Notes under the pieces: model-generated | Seen by the model: only the letters and a program-made list of their open reading frames with translations | What the model was told of the DNA's origin: nothing | Databases searched by the model: none | Translations under genes and position numbers: made by a program | From: Octopus vulgaris | Taxonomy: Eukaryota | Assembly (NCBI GenBank): GCA_951406725.2 | Contig: OX597826.1 | Location: 60,946,001-61,010,000, forward strand | DNA length: 64,000 nt | Direction of reading: 5' to 3' | Shown: positions 25,775 to 41,430 of the stretch, piece after piece | Position numbering within the stretch: the first letter of the stretch is position 1 | Layout: every line of letters starts with the position of its first letter

Positions 25775-26630
25775 AATGATTCCATCTTAACTTTAGTATT
25801 TATGTTTTAGTTTTTTTATTTCTATATGGGATGTTTTAATTTGGGTTGTGTTATTGTATGTACTTATGAATTTCGTGGTCAGTGTTGGTATAGCTCATGT
25901 GTGAATGTGTGGATGTCCCTGTGCGTGCGGTATTGTCCGTTGTTTACTCATGTTCATTCGTTAATCTTGCATAAAACAATAGGGTATCTTCTCACGTTTG
26001 AGACGAATTTTAGTAAAATCAAAATATCCATGAACTCCTATTTTTACTGCATTTCCTGATTGATTTGATATTTCGTATTTCTTATAGTTATTCATACGCG
26101 AGTCTTTGATTTTCCTCAAATCCCTCTGAGAAAAAGGTCGTAAAAATAGTCAATGCGAATGATTTTTCTGTTTTAAATAACGTCTTCCTTAAACAACACT
26201 TAAAACTGCGAATTTAATTCCACTGAAACATATAAACTTTCAAACAGAGCTGTTTATGCTTCGTATTTCACAGTTTTATGAAACATTATTGTTCTCTATC
26301 ATTTCTGAAAATTTATTTCGTGTTTCATGTACGAAAGATTTCGAACGATAATAATTTTCGTAAACAGTTCGTTGAATAGCAAAGATAAATATTTATGAGA
26401 GTAATTCCCCTTGATTAACTGATGGCTATAAATAAACATACCATTAGACTATCTAAAGATTCCTTTTATCAAAACAATCTATTAATATTTCTCATCTTTT
26501 ATAACAATTTATTTTTTATGAGCACTTCATACTTCTTCTAAACATGCAGAGAAAAAGAAAAATATACACATGAATTAAGATTTTCCTTTGTAAGGAATGT
26601 CTTCTTAAAATACAGTTACGGCTTTACAAA

Positions 26631-27523
26631 AGAGGTGGTTTCAACAAGTTCGCAGACTAGTTCCGTAACGTGCTAACAGATGGCAGCACACAGCTGAGTG
26701 CGCAGTGAGAACTAGCAGTAATCTTCATTGCCGAGTGACATCGCTATGTTTACTTTGCAACTTATGAAATTTGTGTTTTTGTGATCACATGTATGCTGTA
26801 GTCTGCGATTTTTTTGTCATGGACAGGAAATTGGAACAAAGAGCCAACGTGAAATTTTGCGTTAAACTTCGGAAGTCTGCTACAGGAATATCAAACATGT
26901 TTCGGCAAGCTTACAGCGACGAGGCAAGGAGTCGTACGCAATGTTTCGAATGGGCCCGGGCGCTTCGAAAGCAGAAGAACGTCCCTCGAAGACGATGAGC
27001 GATCAGGAAGACCTCCCACAAGAATCATCCCTAGAAATGTGGTATTGCCCATCGAGAATTCGTCCCCCGGGGCTAGACATTTAATCGAGAATTCTACTGC
27101 GACGTTGGAAGCGTTTGAGGGAAAAATTCTGCGAAAGCGGATTGACTAAGGAGTGCGAAGAATTGGATTCTTCACTGAGCTCTCCTCACTCATGAGTTTC
27201 TGGCCAAAAACAACATGGAATCGACTCCGCACCCACCCTATTAACCAAATTTAGCACCTGCGGCTTCTATCTCTTCCCCAAGAGGAAAATGCAGCTCAAA
27301 AGTCGTTGTTTTAACACCGTTGTCGAGTTCCAGAGCGAATCGAAGAAGAACTTCGACTCGCAGAAAAGGACTTCCAGGCCCGATTCCAAAAGCGGCAGGA
27401 ACGCTGGGACGGGTGTATTGCTGCGCAAGGTGACTATTTTGAAGGAGATTGTGTCAAAACTTAGATAAATAAATTATTCTTTATTAAGTATAACTAGCCC
27501 TGGAACATTTTGATACCATCGCG
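26631..27523 (+). mobile_element. Internally deleted mariner element
   Basis: Diverged TIRs (GAGGTGGTTTCAACAAGTTCGCAGACTAGTT and AACTAGCCCTGGAACATTTTGATACCATCGCG). MDRKLEQRANVKFCVKL starts at 26819, followed by HPPY*PNLAPA and KRQERWDGCIAAQGDYFEGD. Confidence 0.88.
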
Positions 27524-28950
27524 TATGCATAATTGTTCTTTCGCACAAATGTTCTTTGTTCACCTGATTTGTTCGCTGGAGACTGCTATAGTGGCAGTGA
27601 GAGAGAAAGAGAAAAAGGAACTGGGAAAGAAAGATAAGTACAGATAGAGGGAGAGAGAGATAGGAAGAGAAACTGTATGTGCTTCAGGGTAGAAAGTCAC
27701 TTCTAAGATTTAGCTTCTTTTTATATACCAGAATACTACATTTTCCCGCTTCTCTCTAGTTTAAAGTTGGAAAATTCTTCTCGGAGAATGAAAATGGAAA
27801 GGAGGGAGAGTATATTTAAAAGATTAACCACTTGACTATCTCGTTTCGCTAAGCAACTGCATGTTCTTAACCTTCTTTCTTTCTATTGCATTCGTTCTCT
27901 GCCATCCTACATTATTCTTTCCTAATATTTCTCCAAAGCCTCAGAAATTCATTTTATACGTGCAATATGATATTACATCACAGGTCATTACTCCTCTGAA
28001 GATTCAAAGAAGAAACTGCAGTTTTAAGAGATGCACACATCCCCACATACACACACATGCATGCACACACTCACACATATGCACACATACGCACACACAT
28101 GTTTTATGTTCTTTGTCTATCTACTTATCCTCTTTGTGATTTTGGATAAAAAGAAAATTATACAAATGAGTCCTTCGAATTTAACTAAATTCTATATTTT
28201 TATGCAGCAAAAGATTGCTCTACATTTTAAATTGATGTAATGTTTGCATTGTTCAATTAAATGGAGTCACATGAAACGATCGTACTGCATTACCTCTGGA
28301 TATCCTTGTTGCTTATTTTGAATAAAATCCCCTCATTTTGTATTATATGGAGAATATCATAGTAAATTCTGGTGCCTTTAACTTAAGTACCATATTCATC
28401 TGAATCTAAATTTTACTGAACTTATGTATATATATATTATTTAATAGACACAATATATGATTTCATGTGCTACTAATAGTTTCATTTGTTGAGAAATACC
28501 TCAAACATAATCATCAGGTACTAGCCACATATAACGAACTAAGAATTAAATTAGAGAAGAAATACGAAGGAAGTATATAGAAAGCGTGGAATGTTAAAAA
28601 ACAGAAGACTAAAAAGTAAAATTTAAAGAGTAAAAATAGTAAATGAGCCATCTTCCTTAGACCTTGAATTATAAGGCTAGAAAGATATCAGCAGCTTAAT
28701 CAGGTATAGGCAGAATATTCCAATTCTTCAAAATCTGCTTCGACATACGTTTACAACCTAGAGTTCTGTACTGAGTTTGAGATCTTAGATCCGAAAAGGA
28801 TCTGAGCTCTTTCAGCTAAACACATCTTAAATTCATTTTGATTCATTATCATAGGGTGTAGATTTTTCAGTTCTTTTCCACTTAATTACGTGGTGTTGCG
28901 TTAGATTTCAAACTCCATATGTGCTTTTGTCCTTATATTGGAAAGAGGCT

Positions 28951-29326
28951 GCGCAGGAGTGGCTGTGTAGTAAGTAGCTTCCTTACCAACCACATGGTTA
29001 CGGGTTCAGTCCCACTGCGTGGCACCTTGAGCAAGTGTCTTCTACTATAGCCTCGGACCGACCAAAGCCTTGTGAGTGGATTTGGTAGACGGAAACTGAA
29101 AGAAGCCCATCGTACATATGTATATGTATATATATGTGTGTGTGTGTTTGTGTGTCTGTTTTTGTCTCCCCAACATCGCTTGACAACCGATGGTGGTGTA
29201 TTTACGTCCCTGTAATTTAGCGGTTCGGCGAAAGAGACCGATAGAATAAGTCCTGGGGTCGATTTGCTCGACTAAAGGCGGTGGTCCAGCATGGCTGCAG
29301 TCAAATGACTGAAACGAATAAAAGAA
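28951..29326 (+). mobile_element. tRNA-derived SINE family A
   Basis: GCGCAGGAGTGGCTGTGT.GTAAG (A box), GGGTTCAGTCCC (B box), conserved core, internal (TA)/(TG) repeat, tail GACTGAAAC. Confidence 0.9.
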
Positions 29327-29385
29327 ACATATATATATATATATACATATACATGCGTCTGTGTGTGTGCGCGTATGTGTGACTA

Positions 29386-29595
29386 AGGCGTGGCAAAATT
29401 GTTAGCACGCCGGGTAAACGGCTTAGCGTCATATGATCCAACTTTACATTCTAAGTTCAAATTCCGCCAAGGTCGACTTTACCTTTCATCCTTTCGGGTT
29501 TATAAAATAAGTACCAGATGAGAACTGGGGTGTTTGTAATCGAATTACCCCTCCCCCAGTATTGCTGTCTTTGTGCAAAAATTTGAAACCAATAT
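29386..29595 (+). mobile_element. SINE family B, diverged
   Basis: GTTAGCACGCCGGG...GTTCAAATTCCGCCAAGGTCGACTTTACCTTTCATCCTTTCGGG. Confidence 0.75.
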
Positions 29596-30001
29596 TAAAA
29601 ACATTTGAAGTCAATTCACATAACGTTTTCTTCAAAACAGCTCAAAAATAAAATGAAGAGTCTTTAATTTATGAAAAATAATCCAGAAATAATTAACACG
29701 CTACAGTCCTTTTTTTGGGTGGGGTGGGGGTATTTCTCTCGAGAAAGAAAAGGGGACATATACACATATGCTCGCATATCGTAATAATAATAATCAATTG
29801 GGTTTACTTTCTTTTGTTCCTTTTCTTTTCGATCTAATAATGAATTAAGTGCTAAAATCAGTCAAACAATAAACTTAATTGGAATTTGATAATATCTAAT
29901 TAACTAAAATAGTGACAGATTTCAACGTTGAACAAGGCTTCATAAACGTCATCTCCTTGTCTCAGCAAGCCTTTCAATACAAGAAAATTAATTATATGGA
30001 T

Positions 30002-30036
<35 letters not shown>

Positions 30037-30708
30037 AACATTTTCTGTTTAAAAATAAATTGTTAATAATTTCAGAGGAAAATGTGTGATTTAAGGGAGA
30101 TCTGGCTGTTGTTTCCAGCATATCCCAAAACCTCTTGCCTATTTTCTTTCTCACTCACACATCTATTGATGTTTTTCGATATTTTTCTCCCCAGAAACAA
30201 ATTTTATGGAATGATGCTGTCAAAGTAACACACGTATAGTCCTAACCGAGTGAGACTCTGTGTGTGTGTATGTGTGTGTGTGTGTGTATGTGTGTGTGTG
30301 TGTGTCTGTGTGTGTGTTTAAGAAAAAAACACCTAAAACCATCTTTAGTGTTCATATTAATCTGTCAAATGTAATGCTTATTTGTTCATGTTATTTTGAA
30401 TTATTCAGGTTCAAGAGGCGTGTCCAAAATATTTGCTTGTAACTTTCTAATTTTTTTACATACATATTTCAAATTTTACCAGTGGGTGCTTTTTATACCA
30501 CTAATTTATAGTTATGTCATTTTAGCTGATCTTGCTGAGTAAATTTGACTTTTATGGGCATGTAAATTTAATTAGCAGGTGTAGAAGCAATGACATTATG
30601 GATAAATTTGATGAACAAGTCCACCAACAATATTAAATATGCTAAGACAATCTGAAAACAATAGAAACTGTAAAACGTTTACCGGTTTTTATGAAATTTA
30701 GGGTTTAA

Positions 30709-30849
30709 CGGACTTGAGTTAACGTAAGTTAAATGTAACAGAAGTTAATTAGTTCCATAATGATTTTCAAAGTTAACTTAAAAGTTAAATCGTTAACGAA
30801 GATTTTAACTTCGTTCATTAACTATTAACGGACTTGCGCCCAGCTCTAT
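30709..30849. mobile_element. Possible hAT-type MITE terminus with GTTAAC-rich subterminal repeats
   Basis: Clustered TTAAC/GTTAA motifs, a duplicated TTAACGGACTTG, ending GCCCAGCTCTA. Confidence 0.35.
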
Positions 30850-30868
30850 ATATTTGTTTGTATGTATG

Positions 30869-30913
<45 letters not shown>

Positions 30914-31410
30914 AACTACCCATATATATATATATATATATGTGAGTGTGTGTGTGTGTGTGTGCGTGGACGTGCAAATGTACATATTTACGTATTCTGG
31001 AAAGTCAACAGAAACAAAATAGAATTGCATTTTACATTTGCTTATTAAATCATTATTAGTTTTTTAGATAGTGTATGTATATAAATGCAAACTTATGTGT
31101 TGCATAGACACAGATACACAGACAGACACACACACACATATATGTATGTATATATGTACGTATGTATGATATATGTATGTATATGTGTGAGTGTTTTCTT
31201 TATATATATATATAAATATAAGTACGTATATATGCGTGGGCTTGTATGTGAATGTTTACATATCTCGATATTTGTGCTAACATTAGATATGCTTGGTGCT
31301 ACATAGCTCGGTGATAACAATTCTCAATAGATTTGTAACAATAGACGTTGGGTGAAAAAATACCTGCTAGGGATAATGTGTTGTAATGCGCACACACTCA
31401 CAAACACACA

Positions 31411-31477
<67 letters not shown>

Positions 31478-31660
31478 GTGTGTGTGTGTATATATGTATA
31501 TATATATATATTACACATACTCGCGCACATGTAAATATATGTGTCTATGTACGTATCTAATGTACATATGTATATTTAAAAATTGCTGTAGTGTATTTGG
31601 AGATATTTATAAAGTTATCATATACATTTGTTACTGATGATATGATATCACATTGGTAGT

Positions 31661-31680
<20 letters not shown>

Positions 31681-31692
<12 letters not shown>

Positions 31693-31892
31693 TTAGAGAC
31701 AAAACCACTATTTTGCAAAACAAACAAGGAAAGACTTAATCAATACATAAAATTTTAATAAAAAGTCAAAAAAACCGCCAATAGTGGTTTTGTCTCTAAT
31801 AATATTATATAATATTTTACTATAAAATTGGATTTAATCCTAAATCTGATTTTTTCCCTGTAAATTTGGATTTATTCCCTAATATTTATTAT
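31681..31892. repeat. 32-bp perfect inverted repeat within a (TA)n-embedded insert (probable Penelope-like remnant)
   Basis: TATATAATATTATTAGAGACAAAACCACTATT (31681-31712) and its reverse complement (31780-31811). Confidence 0.75.
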
Positions 31893-31905
31893 ATATATAT
31901 ATATA

Positions 31906-32101
31906 GGGAAAGTTTACGAAAAACATAAAAGACGAAGACAGGTGGTGTACAAAACAAACATGTATTAGTATAACGCTCAGGAATAAAAAAGGTATTTTAC
32001 GTTTCGAGCCTACGCTCTTCTGCAGAAAGGAACACAGAAAAAAGAAGGAGAGAAACAAGGAGAGAAAAAAATGTGTGTAGTGGCTAACGATCTATCATGA
32101 C
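31906..32101 (-). mobile_element. About 190-bp (TA)n-associated repeat family D (Penelope-like terminal repeat with hammerhead-like motif)
   Basis: Homologous to 46053-46238, 47420-47612 and 51515-51706. Motif CTTTCTGCAGAAGAGCGTAGGCTCGAAACGTAAAA on the minus strand at 31995-32029. Confidence 0.75.
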
Positions 32102-32479
32102 ACAAGGTGCGATAAATAAACTGTCGTCTAAATTACGCAAATATGAAAATAACACTGACATCTCATTTTAACACTCAAGTGGTTAAGAACATGCAACTTA
32201 TTACAAGCAAGTCTGTGCTAATGAGCAGAGTATTTGCTACAACGATATTTCTGCTTCAGTAACTCTGTACTGAATTTTTCTGAAATGTAATGGAAAATAG
32301 TACAGTTTCAAAACATTGGTGTCCAGGTCACAAAAGCAAAGTTTGAAAGGAATAGTAGTCATTTCTTTTGATTTCTAAAAAGAAGCTATTTGGAAATAAC
32401 ATTTACTGACCAAAGTCTTACTGAGCATTGTAAAGAAATATATATCGAAAGTGATCAATTTTTAGTGTTTTGTCTATTA

Positions 32480-32815
32480 AATCGAACCCAGTATTTATTT
32501 TTTTTAAACTGGTACTTATTCTAATTACTTTTGCCAAACCGCTAAATTACGGGGAGGCAAACAAGCCAACACCGTTTGTCAAACTGGGGGGGGGGGGTAA
32601 TAATACACGTAGATATGTAAATATATGTGTGTGTGTCTGTGTGCGTGCGTGTAAATATATGTATAAGACAGGCTTCTTTCGGTTTACCTCAACTAAATCT
32701 CCTGCCAAGGCGTTGTTCGGCCCGTGATCATAGCAAAATACACTTGCCCATGGTGTCACACAGTGGGACGTGACCCGGAACCAAGTGTTCAGAACCAACC
32801 TTCTTGACCAGATAT
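32480..32815 (-). mobile_element. Degenerate SINE family A
   Basis: TTTGCCAAACCGCTAAATTACGGGG...CACTTGCCCATGGTGTCACACAGTGGGAC. Confidence 0.65.
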
Positions 32816-32926
32816 CCAGTTCTACGTCAACGTATATGTATTTTCACACACATACACGCAGAGACACATATACACACACAGTTACAAACACACATACATA
32901 CATACATACATACATACATACATACA

Positions 32927-32957
<31 letters not shown>

Positions 32958-33412
32958 GCATACATATAAATACACACACACACACACACATACATATACG
33001 AGTTAGCCTGTTTCTGATTCAGTGTATACGTGCGGGCGCGACAGTTCTTTGTCGTCATAAATTGATACTTTCAATATCTAATATTACTGACACATTTACG
33101 CACACATTTATATACAAAACGTACGTGTGAATACATGCATACATACATACATGCATACATACATACATATATACTTACATACATACATAGGTACGCATGA
33201 CAGTAAATTATACCACATATACATTCAACAAGATTTGACCAATGTTTCATTGGCTAGAGACTTCACTAACATCTCAAAGACAATAATTTGGTATTTCCTA
33301 CACTTTTATTGTGAAAATTGTCTTTTATACTTCCAAATACCTAATCTCGTCTAACATTGCCTGGAGGGGCTTCTCTTAATTTCCCTATACTCTCTCTTTC
33401 TCTTTCCCTCTT

Positions 33413-33448
<36 letters not shown>

Positions 33449-33559
33449 AGTCTATGCTCTTATGTATGTGTACGTGTATAGATAGGTAGATAGATTGATT
33501 AGTGAGATAGATAGATAGAAAGATATTTAGTATATAAACTTACACAAAAACAAGCGCTC

Positions 33560-33870
<311 letters not shown>

Positions 33871-34316
33871 GTACATACATCTATAATAATAAATGCCAAA
33901 ACGAATTTCTGTGTGCCAGTGTGTCACACTTTGACCTCCTCTCTCACTATTCAATGACACCTCTTCTACTCCTCTTGTTGGGGTGAGAGTTATAGCAGGC
34001 ATAGGGTCGGTGAATGCGGTAGTAGATTGACAGTTGAGATGGTAATGGGGTGATAGTAATAGTATGAGGTATAGTTGTGATAGAGGCAGAGGCGACGGTG
34101 ATGGTGGTGGTGGTGGAGTTAGCTGAGGTGGTCAAGTATGACAGTGAGGATAAGGGATGTGACGATGGTGGAGGAGAAGGTGGCGAAGTCAAAGGTGTTG
34201 ATGTTGGTGGTGTCAGAAGTTTGAGTGGTGTCCATGGCAGTGGTGGTGGCGATGGTGGTGGTACGGGTGATGGTGATGGTTAAAAAACAATCTACAGAAA
34301 GAGACACTGGCAGACA

Positions 34317-34601
34317 CAGTTCTTAAGCAGATCCGGCCGAAAATGTCGCTAGAAGCAAGGATCACCAAGCATAGATTGGCATATTTCGGTCATATTATGC
34401 GGAGAAAATCCCTGGAGAAGGACATCATGCTTGGAATGGTCAGTGGCAAGAGAGGAAGAGGCCGACCAAGAACCCGCTGGCTTGACACCATCAAGAGTTA
34501 TATCGGAATGGACATAGCCAGTCTGAAAGAAGCGGCCCAGGATAGAACTGACTGGAGGACACTGATCCAAGGAGTAACCGAGAGTCGATTTCGACTGATC
34601 G

Positions 34602-34606
<5 letters not shown>
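34317..34606 (+). mobile_element. RTE (BovB-like) LINE 3' end followed by a (GATA)n tail
   Basis: [47 protein letters not shown]...VTESRFRL. (GATA)n spans 34603-34777. Confidence 0.9.
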
Positions 34607-34667
<61 letters not shown>

Positions 34668-34680
34668 CAGACACACAGAC

Positions 34681-34777
<97 letters not shown>

Positions 34778-35282
34778 TGAATATAGGAGTGTATGAGGGT
34801 ATGGCTGCAAGAGCTGTGCATTTTTTGTGTCTATTTGTTTGTATACATAGTGAGAAAGCTATTAAGAATACTCTGCTGAAAAACTGACGGGGGAAGTAGT
34901 GTTTGCATCACTTTATGTTCTTGTATATATCGCTACAATGCCCGATATATAGCAAATGTTATGATGACGTATATTCTAGTATTATAATATATACGTGACG
35001 TCAGTTTCGCTCTGTCGTTCTACCGTTATAAGAAATAAGTTGTCTCTGTGAGATAGAAGCTATCCGGGTCATTAATTGTTACCTTTTAAGCATTTTCTTA
35101 AAAGTTGAGGCCTATGTGGGCGGGCAAGTCAAAATTAGTTCATTCTTACTATTTAAGACAGAACGGATAGCGAATGACGTAGTACTGCTGTTTTGTCATA
35201 TGTCTTTTGATTTCCAGAGGTGCTTCGAAAAGGCTGCAGAGTTATACAAGCGTTATTGTGTGGGGGTTTTTTTTCAGTTTAT

Positions 35283-35706
35283 CTCTCTTTTCACTCTTTT
35301 ACTTGTTTCAGTCATTTGACTGCGGCCATGCGGGAGCACCGCCTTTAATCGAGCAACTCGACCCCGGGACTTATTCTTTTGTAAGCCCAGTACTTATTCT
35401 ATCGGTCTCTTTTGCCGAACCGCTAAGTGACGGGAACATAAACACACCAGCATCGGTTGTCAAGCAATGCTAGGGGGACAAACACAGACACACAAACATA
35501 CACGCACACATACATATATATATATATATATATACATATATACGACGGGCTTCTTTTCAGTTTCCGTCTACCAAATCCACTCACAAGGCTTTGGTCGGCC
35601 CGAGGCTATAGTAGAAGACACTTGCCCGAGGTGCAACGCAGTGGGACTGAACCCGGAACCATGTGGTTGGTAAACAAGCTACTTACCACACAGCCACTCC
35701 TGCGCC
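35283..35706 (-). mobile_element. tRNA-derived SINE family A, full length
   Basis: Near-identical to 46914-47339, with A and B boxes and a (GTAAAAGA) tail. Confidence 0.92.
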
Positions 35707-36775
35707 TATATCTGTTACTGTATATGTTGCTATATCTGTTATCTGTTGCTGTAGAAACATCAGTTTGATATAGATATTGATTTTTCTGTAGATATCAGCT
35801 CTTTTGAGCGACAAATTCTGTTTCCACAATTTCATATGGACTCCACTCATTCTACGTTTGATTATATATTTTTTTTTTGCATTGCGAGTCTTGATATTAT
35901 TGGGCACGTCTTTTCCTGCAGCTATAGTTTACTTTAATGCTATTACTGCTGAACATCATTGAATTGTGTTGCCGTTCCGGTGATATTTTACGTTTAAGAG
36001 TGGAAAATAACTACGCAAATTTTGTATGGCGGTTTGTACCACATAACATTTCTTTTCTTAGCACTTTTAAACTAGTTGGTTAATGGTGTTGGTGGATAAG
36101 TTATTATTTCTTGGCATCGGGTGCAAGATTGTGCTTGTTTCAGTTCTCTGTAGCCTTATTTAAGGAAGAATTATTAATGAATAACATACTTATCTTCAGG
36201 CTGATGCTCATCGAAGCATGTTCTACAACGTTCAACCTGAAGTTAAATTATAAATGTAAAAGATTGATTGGTTTCTTGAAAGATTAGTACGATATCGAGT
36301 GCAGTTTAAGTGCAGCATCTGCAAAGTTTACAAGATTTAGCGTTACTTTGCTGTCACTCTCAGGCCAAATTCGTTAAATATATTTAATTATTCTTTTGCT
36401 GTAGAAACCAATATTCATATCATTATTCGAGTACAATTCAAGCTCATTGAAGCACCTATATAAAGGCATCTGTTCGTTTTGATTTCAACCAGGCAAACAT
36501 CATCGTTCCAAAGGGAGTATCTCCTAACAGGCATAATTGTATGCAGGTTGGTGTGTATGATATTAAATATCTTCTATCAGAGACTGATGCCTTTTAGAAG
36601 ATTATGGAAAGATAATCAACGACGTTGAACCGGAAAAATTTGTCTCTTTTGATGACTAACGCAATAATGTTCCTAACACAGATGTTTATACCTATTTACG
36701 TCAGACTTTACTTTTCTTTATTCCCTTACTTTTTGCAGCCCAAAGGCTGTACCCATGCAAGAACAATGCCATTTT

Positions 36776-36885
36776 AAAATAAATGGAATGCTTCAATGAA
36801 TTTGCATGTCATCCTTGCGCAGGGTCCATGCTATTCTCCTTTGTATCGTTCCAATTTTAGCATATGTATTGCTACTAATGACAAC
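36776..36885 (-). pseudogene. U6: U6 snRNA pseudogene
   Basis: Minus strand ...ACATATGCTAAAATTGGAACGATACAAAGGAGAATAGCATGGACCCTGCGCAAGGATGACATGCAAATTCATTGAAGCATTCCATTT matches U6. The ACAGAGA box is mutated to ACAAAGG and the 5' stem is degraded. Confidence 0.92.
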
Positions 36886-37979
36886 AAAATTGATTTTACT
36901 AGGATGAATGAATCAACATTTGACAGAGATTCTGTAACATTTTCATGGCCGTTCGGATCTATGAATCCTGGTTGACATCGATACATTGACGCTTTTCTCG
37001 GATGTTATGCTTTGCAGTTATCTGTTCCATACCTGCGTTGATTTCATTATATGTATTTTTGATGATTACTTCACAGCAAAGTGCATCATTATAGTCTAAA
37101 AGGATGTTGTATTTTGCTTCTGTCACATAGTTTACTTGCATTTCTCTGCAAATATCAATGAGTTTTGAATTGATTTTATTCATGTGAAATCCAAGAGTAA
37201 CTTCCATAGGCGGTTGTTCTTATCGTTGCTAAATTCTGTGTTCTTTATTGGGTTCAAGAGGATGTTATTGAACGGATCTAATTCTTTGCTTTGTGTTCGA
37301 TACTTTCAGGATTTAAACACTGGATCATTTTCAACTTGTGTGGTTTTGCTGTCTTTGTTCTCGAGGAAGTAGGACTTCTTTCAATTGAGTAATGTTGATC
37401 TTAGTTAATATAATGGTGGTGTAAAGTTGGACTAAATGTACGCGAAAAGACAATAATAGACATACATATTTATACATTTATATCTCTACATTTGTTTATA
37501 TAAGTGTGTGAGTCTGTTTGAATGTGTGTGTATGTAATCGTTCATACATGATTGTGTGAACATACGCACATATGTCTACATATCCTCTAACACTATTCAC
37601 AGATTCATAGATACGTGTATGTATCTACCTGTATGCATGATTATATTTATACATGCATATACGTATGTATACAGATGTACATACAAATGTATATTTATAT
37701 ATGTATACATGTATATGCATATGTATATATACATACATACACACACACACACACATATATATATATATGCACATATAATCGTACAAACATATATGCACAT
37801 GTATATATGTATGTGTGTGCATGTGTATCTATCTATCCATTTATCTATCTACTGATATATATATATATATACGTATGTATATATGTATATATACATATAT
37901 ACATATATATATGTATGTGTGTATATATCTAAATATATATATGAATATATATATATATACATATATATATTTATATATG

Positions 37980-38045
<66 letters not shown>

Positions 38046-38183
38046 GCACACACACACATCAACATTATATGTATATGCATTCATATATAAAACGATGTAA
38101 ACTGTTATAGACGGAAATAGCCACATATAGAAGCGGTAAAATCGAGAGAAGTATAGTGAAACGGTATGAAAGAGAGAATGTTT

Positions 38184-38248
<65 letters not shown>

Positions 38249-38729
38249 CGTGTGTGCGTGTGTGTGTGCGTGTGTGTGTGTGAACCATACACAAACACGT
38301 ACAAATACGTACCTAGAACATCATATCACTGAATGTGAAAGGAGAGCGACAAAGAGAGGGAAACTAAGAAAAAGATTTTTAGAGAATTACGAGGGAGGAG
38401 GTAAATGTCATGGTGTGGGGGGTGCGGGGTGAGGAGGATGAAATGAATGAAGGATGTAAAACGCTAGGAGTTAGACGACATAAAGATAGGTTTCTGATCA
38501 AAGTGAGAGATTATTGGTTAAAAGTAACTTTGTTCATAACTACATGGTTACGGGCGTATTAATATTTAAAATATCTGCAAAATTATCAGTCATTATCAGT
38601 TCGGGTTAACCGACCAATTCTTTGAAAAAGGGGTTTCTTCATCTTGCTTTCCTTAGGGCATATGTTAGCAAATTCTAGTTCCTAATTTCTACTGAAGTGT
38701 TGCAGAAATAAAAGATGGAAAATGAAAAT

Positions 38730-38761
<32 letters not shown>

Positions 38762-38933
38762 CAGAGAAAAAGAGAAAGCTAGAGAGAATTGGAATAGGAA
38801 AGTAGGAGAGAGTAGTATATGTAAGAGGGAATAAAGGAGAGTGGGAAGAAAAATGTGAGAGGGAGACAGAGAGGGAAGCAATCGTTAGGTCGGTCGGAAT
38901 TATCTATATGAAAGTAGGTGCGTCCGTACATCT

Positions 38934-40395
<1,462 letters not shown>

Positions 40396-40923
40396 ACGAA
40401 CCTACATGTATCATTACATAAAGGTAAGTATAAGCATGTGTGTATATGCAGACCTATATATATCTATGTAGATCTATGAGTTTAAATATGTGTGCGAGTC
40501 GGTGAATCTGTGTGTTTGTGCACGCACGCACGTGCGTGCGTGTGTGTATTTTTATGTTTGTGTGTGTCTACGGGATTATCAATCCGTGCAAGATACCTCA
40601 CAAATACACCCAGCTAACAAAATATCTTCACGCTGGTACAGAATTCGAGGTAATCCTAAGGCAAGATCAAAATTTGAAGTTCATTACCAATCGATTTTGT
40701 AAATCCATGTTGGCATTCTCCAGTTAAAAGTGTCTTTTTCACAGGGTGACATACCAGACAAGGCACGCAATTTGTTCGTTCGTTCAACTTTTCAGTCGAT
40801 TAATAAACCGATTGAGAAAACAGAACCACGAACGCACCTATAATTCATATCAGAAACATCTGTAAGCCAAAAATGCATATTTAAAGAAATATGTAAGGCC
40901 ATTATGTATGCCTTTTCTCATAT

Positions 40924-41032
<109 letters not shown>

Positions 41033-41046
41033 TAGATATATAGATT

Positions 41047-41157
<111 letters not shown>

Positions 41158-41159
41158 CC

Positions 41160-41430
41160 CTGACCCTCCGTCAGATTTGATCAACAGAACAGCCTGTTCG
41201 TGAAATTAACTTACAAGTAGCTGGCATTCTTCAGACACGCATACCTTTGACGTACTGCATATGGATATTTAGCGTGTAATACTGAATGTGACAAAGGCAT
41301 TGAGCTGCAGCCGAGTGAACTGAACGATATGAAATAAAAGGTCTTGCTCAAGAAGACAACACGCCGCTGAGAAACGCACTCATCAATTTACAATCCTTAG
41401 CCGTATACCCTCGTCACCAGTGCAGTTGCT
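41160..41430 (-). mobile_element. Degenerate SINE remnants related to family C
   Basis: TTGATCAACAGAACAGCCTGTTCGTGAAATTAAC is close to the reverse complement of the family C tail at 56410-56445. Confidence 0.55.

Noticed and set aside
33880-33950. Helitron-like 5' end TCTATAATAATAAATGCC
   Set aside because: No matching 3' hairpin or CTRR end was found downstream.
36959-37207. 82-aa non-repetitive ORF (MEVTLGFH...)
   Set aside because: No recognisable motif or splice context. It is probably decayed TE or chance.
40745-40861. 117-nt frame-preserving candidate exon (TTTTTCACAG|...CT|GTAAGC)
   Set aside because: The donor is weak and the peptide VTYQTRHAICSF... is unrecognisable. It would need RNA-seq or conservation evidence.
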